From IMG/VR virus record IMGVR_UViG_3300017722_003044: a stretch of 64,000 bases of DNA, one strand, 5' to 3'. The notes beneath the pieces are model-generated. The model saw only the letters and a list, made by a program, of their open reading frames with translations, had not been told where the DNA came from and ran no database searches. Both the position numbers and the translations under genes were made by a program. Source of the stretch: an uncultured virus (IMG/VR IMGVR_UViG_3300017722_003044). Taxonomy: Duplodnaviria; Heunggongvirae; Uroviricota; Caudoviricetes. This document shows positions 60,345 to 64,000 of the stretch, in pieces (position 1 is the stretch's first letter; every line of letters starts with the position of its first letter).

Positions 60345-60788
60345 ATGCCTAGACATTATGCTCAAGGCAGATTTTCGTTGAAAAATCCAAACAAATACAT
60401 GGGCATGAAAGATCCTTTGTATAGATCCAGTTGGGAATTTGCATTTATGAAATTTTGTGATGAAAGTCCTTCCATAGCTAGATGGGCAAGTGAGGCAGTG
60501 AAAATTCCTTACAGAAATCCCCTTACAGGAAGATACACAATTTATGTGCCAGATTTTTTTATCAACTATGTAGACAAAGGTGGTCAACCGCACGCTGAAA
60601 TAATTGAAATCAAACCACAAAATCAAAGTATAAAAGAAAAAGTTGGCAGGAATGCTAACAACCAAGCCAGTTATATCTTAAACCGAGCTAAATGGGAGGC
60701 TGCCACTGTGTGGTGTCGTCAAAAAGGTTTAAAATTTAGAGTGATCAACGAAACCGATATTTTCCACCAAGGCAACAAGCGCCGATAA
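60345..60788 (+). CDS. gp4: Head completion nuclease, T4 gp4-like (TnsA-like)
   Basis: KNP.KY.G, YRSSWE..FM.FCD, WASE...IPY, Y.PDF, EIKP, N.AKW.AA, F.V.NE. Confidence 0.9.
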   Translation: MPRHYAQGRFSLKNPNKYMGMKDPLYRSSWEFAFMKFCDESPSIARWASEAVKIPYRNPLTGRYTIYVPDFFINYVDKGGQPHAEIIEIKPQNQSIKEKVGRNANNQASYILNRAKWEAATVWCRQKGLKFRVINETDIFHQGNKRR

Positions 60789-60799
60789 ATAATACTATC

Positions 60800-61291
60800 A
60801 TGACCAAAAAATTAGAAGATCTATTGAATCTACCAGAATCCCAAAACATTGTGAGTGATCAAAAAAACAAAGAAGAGCAGGAAAAATCTTTAGAAACTCA
60901 AAAAGAAACTTTAAGGGATATTGCTGAATTTGACAAGATCACTGCGGCATTGCCCATGGTCAAAGATTTAGGTATCATGGCAGATCAAGAGCTGGATGAA
61001 GTGGCCAAAAAAGCAATGTCTGCCTATGATGATCTGATGGATTTGGGCATGAATGTGGAAAGTAGATACAGCAGCAGAGTATTTGAGGTAGCAGGCAACA
61101 TGCTTAAAACATCATTGGATGCCAAAGCTGCCAAAATTGATAAAAAGCTCAAAATGATAGACCTACAAATACGCAAACAAAAGATGGATAGAGATGGTGG
61201 AATTGACGATTCCAACATGGTGCAAGGGGAAGGCTATGTGATCACAGATCGCAACAGCTTAATTGAAAAACTTAAAAATATGGATAAATAA
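60800..61291 (+). CDS. gp16: Terminase small subunit, gp16-like
   Basis: Helical, with R.FEVA..MLK and a C-terminal ..DRN.L...LK pattern. Upstream of the large terminase. Confidence 0.6.
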   Translation: MTKKLEDLLNLPESQNIVSDQKNKEEQEKSLETQKETLRDIAEFDKITAALPMVKDLGIMADQELDEVAKKAMSAYDDLMDLGMNVESRYSSRVFEVAGNMLKTSLDAKAAKIDKKLKMIDLQIRKQKMDRDGGIDDSNMVQGEGYVITDRNSLIEKLKNMDK

Positions 61292-61297
61292 ACACAT

Positions 61298-61906
61298 ATG
61301 GAATCAGAATTCAAGAAAATACTAGCAGAAAGCAAAAAAACCTATAAATTTAAACTAGGTCTTGCTGGTGAATTACCTACAGATATACTAGACACTTTAA
61401 AAACAGCTTTGAGCAAATACGAAATAGTGAATTTGTCCAAAGGAAAAAAGACCCCTATTCAAGAAAGACCATTAGATTTTCCAAAGTTACAAAACATGGA
61501 AGTCACATATTTTGACGCTGAATTAGCATATCCTACCACTCCAGAAATTTTAGAACAATATGTCAGTTTAGTCACTAAGATGTCCAACAGTCACGTGAAA
61601 GCAATGACAGCTATTCAACATGCAGATTATCCTACAGACCAAAAAGAAGAACCATATGTGGCCAAGTTGGAATCTCCACTTGAACAAGCAGACAAAAAAG
61701 CACAAGATCATGTGGGCCAAAAAAGAGTGATTGAAGTATTAAAACAGATGGAAAAAGATAAAAAAGCTATTACTCATGCCAAAGAAGATGCAAAAAACAA
61801 AAAAGAAAAACTAGTAATGGATAAAGAAGAAAAAGCTTCTCCATCACCATTAACCAAAGTAAAAAATGAGAAACCACAAGGTGTATCTCTAGGCAAATTG
61901 AAATAA
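61298..61906 (+). CDS. Hypothetical protein (possibly head-associated)
   Basis: FKKILAES N-terminus (L-x-E) and its own TAAATA box. Confidence 0.65.
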   Translation: MESEFKKILAESKKTYKFKLGLAGELPTDILDTLKTALSKYEIVNLSKGKKTPIQERPLDFPKLQNMEVTYFDAELAYPTTPEILEQYVSLVTKMSNSHVKAMTAIQHADYPTDQKEEPYVAKLESPLEQADKKAQDHVGQKRVIEVLKQMEKDKKAITHAKEDAKNKKEKLVMDKEEKASPSPLTKVKNEKPQGVSLGKLK

Positions 61907-61914
61907 ATATTAAT

Positions 61915-62550
61915 ATGGATATCAGAGACATACTACAAAAACTTGACAAGGTTCAAAATCCCAAAGAGCTTACCAGCGAGATAGTTAGATCTAATCTCAA
62001 TGAATCAGCAGCAATCAGTGTGAACATGTATGGTAATAATCCAGATGAAGTTCAAGCATTGTACAATATATTCAAAAACGCTGGATTACAATCACCAATG
62101 CCAGCACCAATGCCAGTGCAAGTGGCAATGGCACCAAAACCTATTGAAGCGCAAGATAAACCTGTAGGTGAAGATGACAGATATAAAGCCAGCACAACTC
62201 CAGATCCTAAATATGCCACTATGCCAGACACAGTGGATCCAGTCAGCGATGATCTACACAAATCTAAAAAAATGTATGCTCGCAGCCAACCTGGTGATAA
62301 TCCTATGGCAGTCAAAGAAGATGAGATGTCATTGGCAGAAAAAGTTAAAGCACAACTCACTCAAGACTATGCTGCTTACAAAGAAGGTGCTGTAAAAGGT
62401 TACTTGATGGACCTAGAGCAAGACGCTGCTGAAATGTCCAAAGATGAATTCATCAAAAAACACGGTCAACGTAATGCTAACATCTGGGATAGAGTAAATT
62501 CTGAAGAAGATCAATTTGATGGCAATACTGAAGACATCGACCTAGAATAG
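61915..62550 (+). CDS. Acidic low-complexity protein, possibly an internal head protein
   Basis: MDIRDIL.KLD N-terminus; LNE, VKE and YKE sites; TAAATA 5 nt upstream. Confidence 0.65.
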   Translation: MDIRDILQKLDKVQNPKELTSEIVRSNLNESAAISVNMYGNNPDEVQALYNIFKNAGLQSPMPAPMPVQVAMAPKPIEAQDKPVGEDDRYKASTTPDPKYATMPDTVDPVSDDLHKSKKMYARSQPGDNPMAVKEDEMSLAEKVKAQLTQDYAAYKEGAVKGYLMDLEQDAAEMSKDEFIKKHGQRNANIWDRVNSEEDQFDGNTEDIDLE

Positions 62551-62597
62551 TCAATCATTATAAAATCTCACAACTGTTGCAAAGATAAGTACTACAT

Positions 62598-64000
62598 ATG
62601 AGTACCAAAAGTCTAGATGGTGTTCTTACCAAAAAAGCACACACTAGGGAAAAATATACTGAAACACAACTGAATGAGTTGGCTGCTTGTGCAGACAATA
62701 CTCTGGGCTATCTTTATTTTGCAAAGAATTTCTTTCACATTCAACATCCTGTGAGAGGCAAATTATTATTTGAACCTTACACCTATCAAAACAAACTGTT
62801 GGAAACCTATCACAAACACAGATTCAACGTGAACATGTTGCCCAGACAAAGTGGCAAAACCACATGTGCATCATCCTATTTGTTATGGTATGCTATGTTT
62901 CATCCTGACCAAACTATTTTAATTGCTGCTCACAAATACACAGGTGCACAAGAAATCATGCAACGTATTAGATATGGATATGAATTATGTCCAGATCACA
63001 TCAGAGCAGGCGTGGTCAATTACAACAAAGGCTCCATGGAATTCGAAAATGGTTCAAGAATAGTATCTGCCACCACAACCAGTAATACAGGCAGAGGTAT
63101 GTCCATATCATTGTTGTATTGTGATGAGTTTGCATTTGTGAATCCCACCATTGCTAGAGAATTCTGGACTTCTATATCTCCCACATTGGCCACAGGAGGT
63201 AGAGCAATTATAACCAGTACGCCCAACTCAGATGAAGATGAGTTTGCTGTGATCTGGAAAGAATCTCAAAACAAATTTGACGAACATGGCAATGAGATTG
63301 ATCTAGGCATTAATGGATTCTTTGGTTACACAGCTTCTTGGGATGAACATCCAGAGCGAGATGAAAAATGGAAAGAAAGTGAATTGAGCCGCATAGGTGA
63401 AGAAAGATTTAGAAGAGAATATGGCTGTGAATTTTTAGTCTATGACGAAACATTGGTCAACAGCATTGTGTTGGCGGCATTGGAAGGCAAGCAGCCCATA
63501 CTGAACATGGGTCAAACTAGATGGTATGAAAAAATAAATCCTGCTGCCACCTATGTGATAGCATTGGATCCTGCCATGGGCACCGGAGGGGATTATGCTG
63601 CTATACAAGTGTTTGAAGTGCCTTCGTTCCGTCAAGTGGCTGAATGGCGACACAATCAAACTCCTATACCACAGCAAGTAAAAATATTAAAAGACATAGT
63701 CAATTATATCAAAGAAGAATGCAAAAGTCAAACAGCTACCAACATATATTGGAGCGTGGAAAACAACACCATAGGTGAAGCAGCACTGTTGGTGATCAGT
63801 GACTTTGGAGAAGAAAACATTCCAGGATTATTTGTGAGTGAGCCCATACGAAAAGGTCACATAAGAAAATTTAGAAAAGGATTCAACACCACACACAGAA
63901 CCAAGATCAGTGCCTGCAGTAGATTGAAAGGCATGATTGAAAACAACAAAATGAGCATTGCCAGCAAAGCGTTAATCAGTGAATTAAAAACTTATGTGGC
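62598..64000 (+). CDS. gp17: Terminase large subunit, T4 gp17-like (3'-truncated, absent from ORF track)
   Basis: Translated by hand from ATG 62598: MSTKSLDG...PRQSGKTT (Walker A)...FENGSRI...GRGMSISLLYCDEFAFV (Walker B)...ITSTPNS...LDPAMGTGGDYAAIQV...VENNTIG. Confidence 0.95.
   Translation, partial: MSTKSLDGVLTKKAHTREKYTETQLNELAACADNTLGYLYFAKNFFHIQHPVRGKLLFEPYTYQNKLLETYHKHRFNVNMLPRQSGKTTCASSYLLWYAMFHPDQTILIAAHKYTGAQEIMQRIRYGYELCPDHIRAGVVNYNKGSMEFENGSRIVSATTTSNTGRGMSISLLYCDEFAFVNPTIAREFWTSISPTLATGGRAIITSTPNSDEDEFAVIWKESQNKFDEHGNEIDLGINGFFGYTASWDEHPERDEKWKESELSRIGEERFRREYGCEFLVYDETLVNSIVLAALEGKQPILNMGQTRWYEKINPAATYVIALDPAMGTGGDYAAIQVFEVPSFRQVAEWRHNQTPIPQQVKILKDIVNYIKEECKSQTATNIYWSVENNTIGEAALLVISDFGEENIPGLFVSEPIRKGHIRKFRKGFNTTHRTKISACSRLKGMIENNKMSIASKALISELKTYV

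Noticed and set aside
60345..60788. TnsA transposase or mobile element
   Set aside because: The TnsA-like fold here is the T4 gp4 head-completion protein in its usual morphogenesis context. No other transposon genes or ends are present.
1541..63677. Many short antisense or alternative-frame ORFs in the track (e.g. 2083-2523, 4634-5152, 34331-34843, 59501-59839)
   Set aside because: They lie inside well-supported genes, lack SD, promoter or motifs, and are expected shadows of biased codon usage.
1..64000. Stop-codon reassignment (alternative genetic code)
   Set aside because: Long genes are intact in code 11, and TAA, TAG and TGA all end genes at sensible positions (e.g. hldE ends in TGA overlapping the hldD ATG).
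1..64000. tRNA, rRNA or CRISPR array
   Set aside because: Intergenic gaps are short. No cloverleaf or regularly spaced repeat-spacer pattern was found by eye.

Overview
This 64-kb window is the virion-morphogenesis region of a large T4-like (myovirus) dsDNA bacteriophage read in the standard genetic code. It opens inside the portal gene (gp20) and continues through prohead core, protease (gp21), scaffold (gp22) and major capsid protein (gp23). Next come a porphobilinogen synthase gene (hemB) with its own sigma70-type promoter and about 40 kb of large fibre/baseplate-type structural genes, many in tandem paralogous pairs. Inside that block sit three Cys/Gly-rich paralogues, two GT9-like glycosyltransferases and a NodU/CmcH carbamoyltransferase. 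A minus-strand run encodes gp14, gp15, a Nudix hydrolase, HldE, HldD and a cupin. After it come gp13, dNMP kinase, an HNH-like gene, sheath, tube, gp4, small terminase and the 5' part of large terminase, which the ORF track missed. The four most notable observations are: (1) three copies of a helical domain in giant structural proteins that resemble the bilin-binding core of phycobiliproteins (C-x-R-D), in a genome that also carries hemB; (2) a candidate virion glycosylation/carbamoylation system (ADP-heptose enzymes, GT9-like transferases, carbamoyltransferase, Cys-rich candidate substrates); (3) late promoters placed exactly 5 nt before ATG, implying leaderless mRNAs; (4) two structured 5' leaders, one with a possible pseudoknot. 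All family calls come from motif recognition by eye, and no searches were run.
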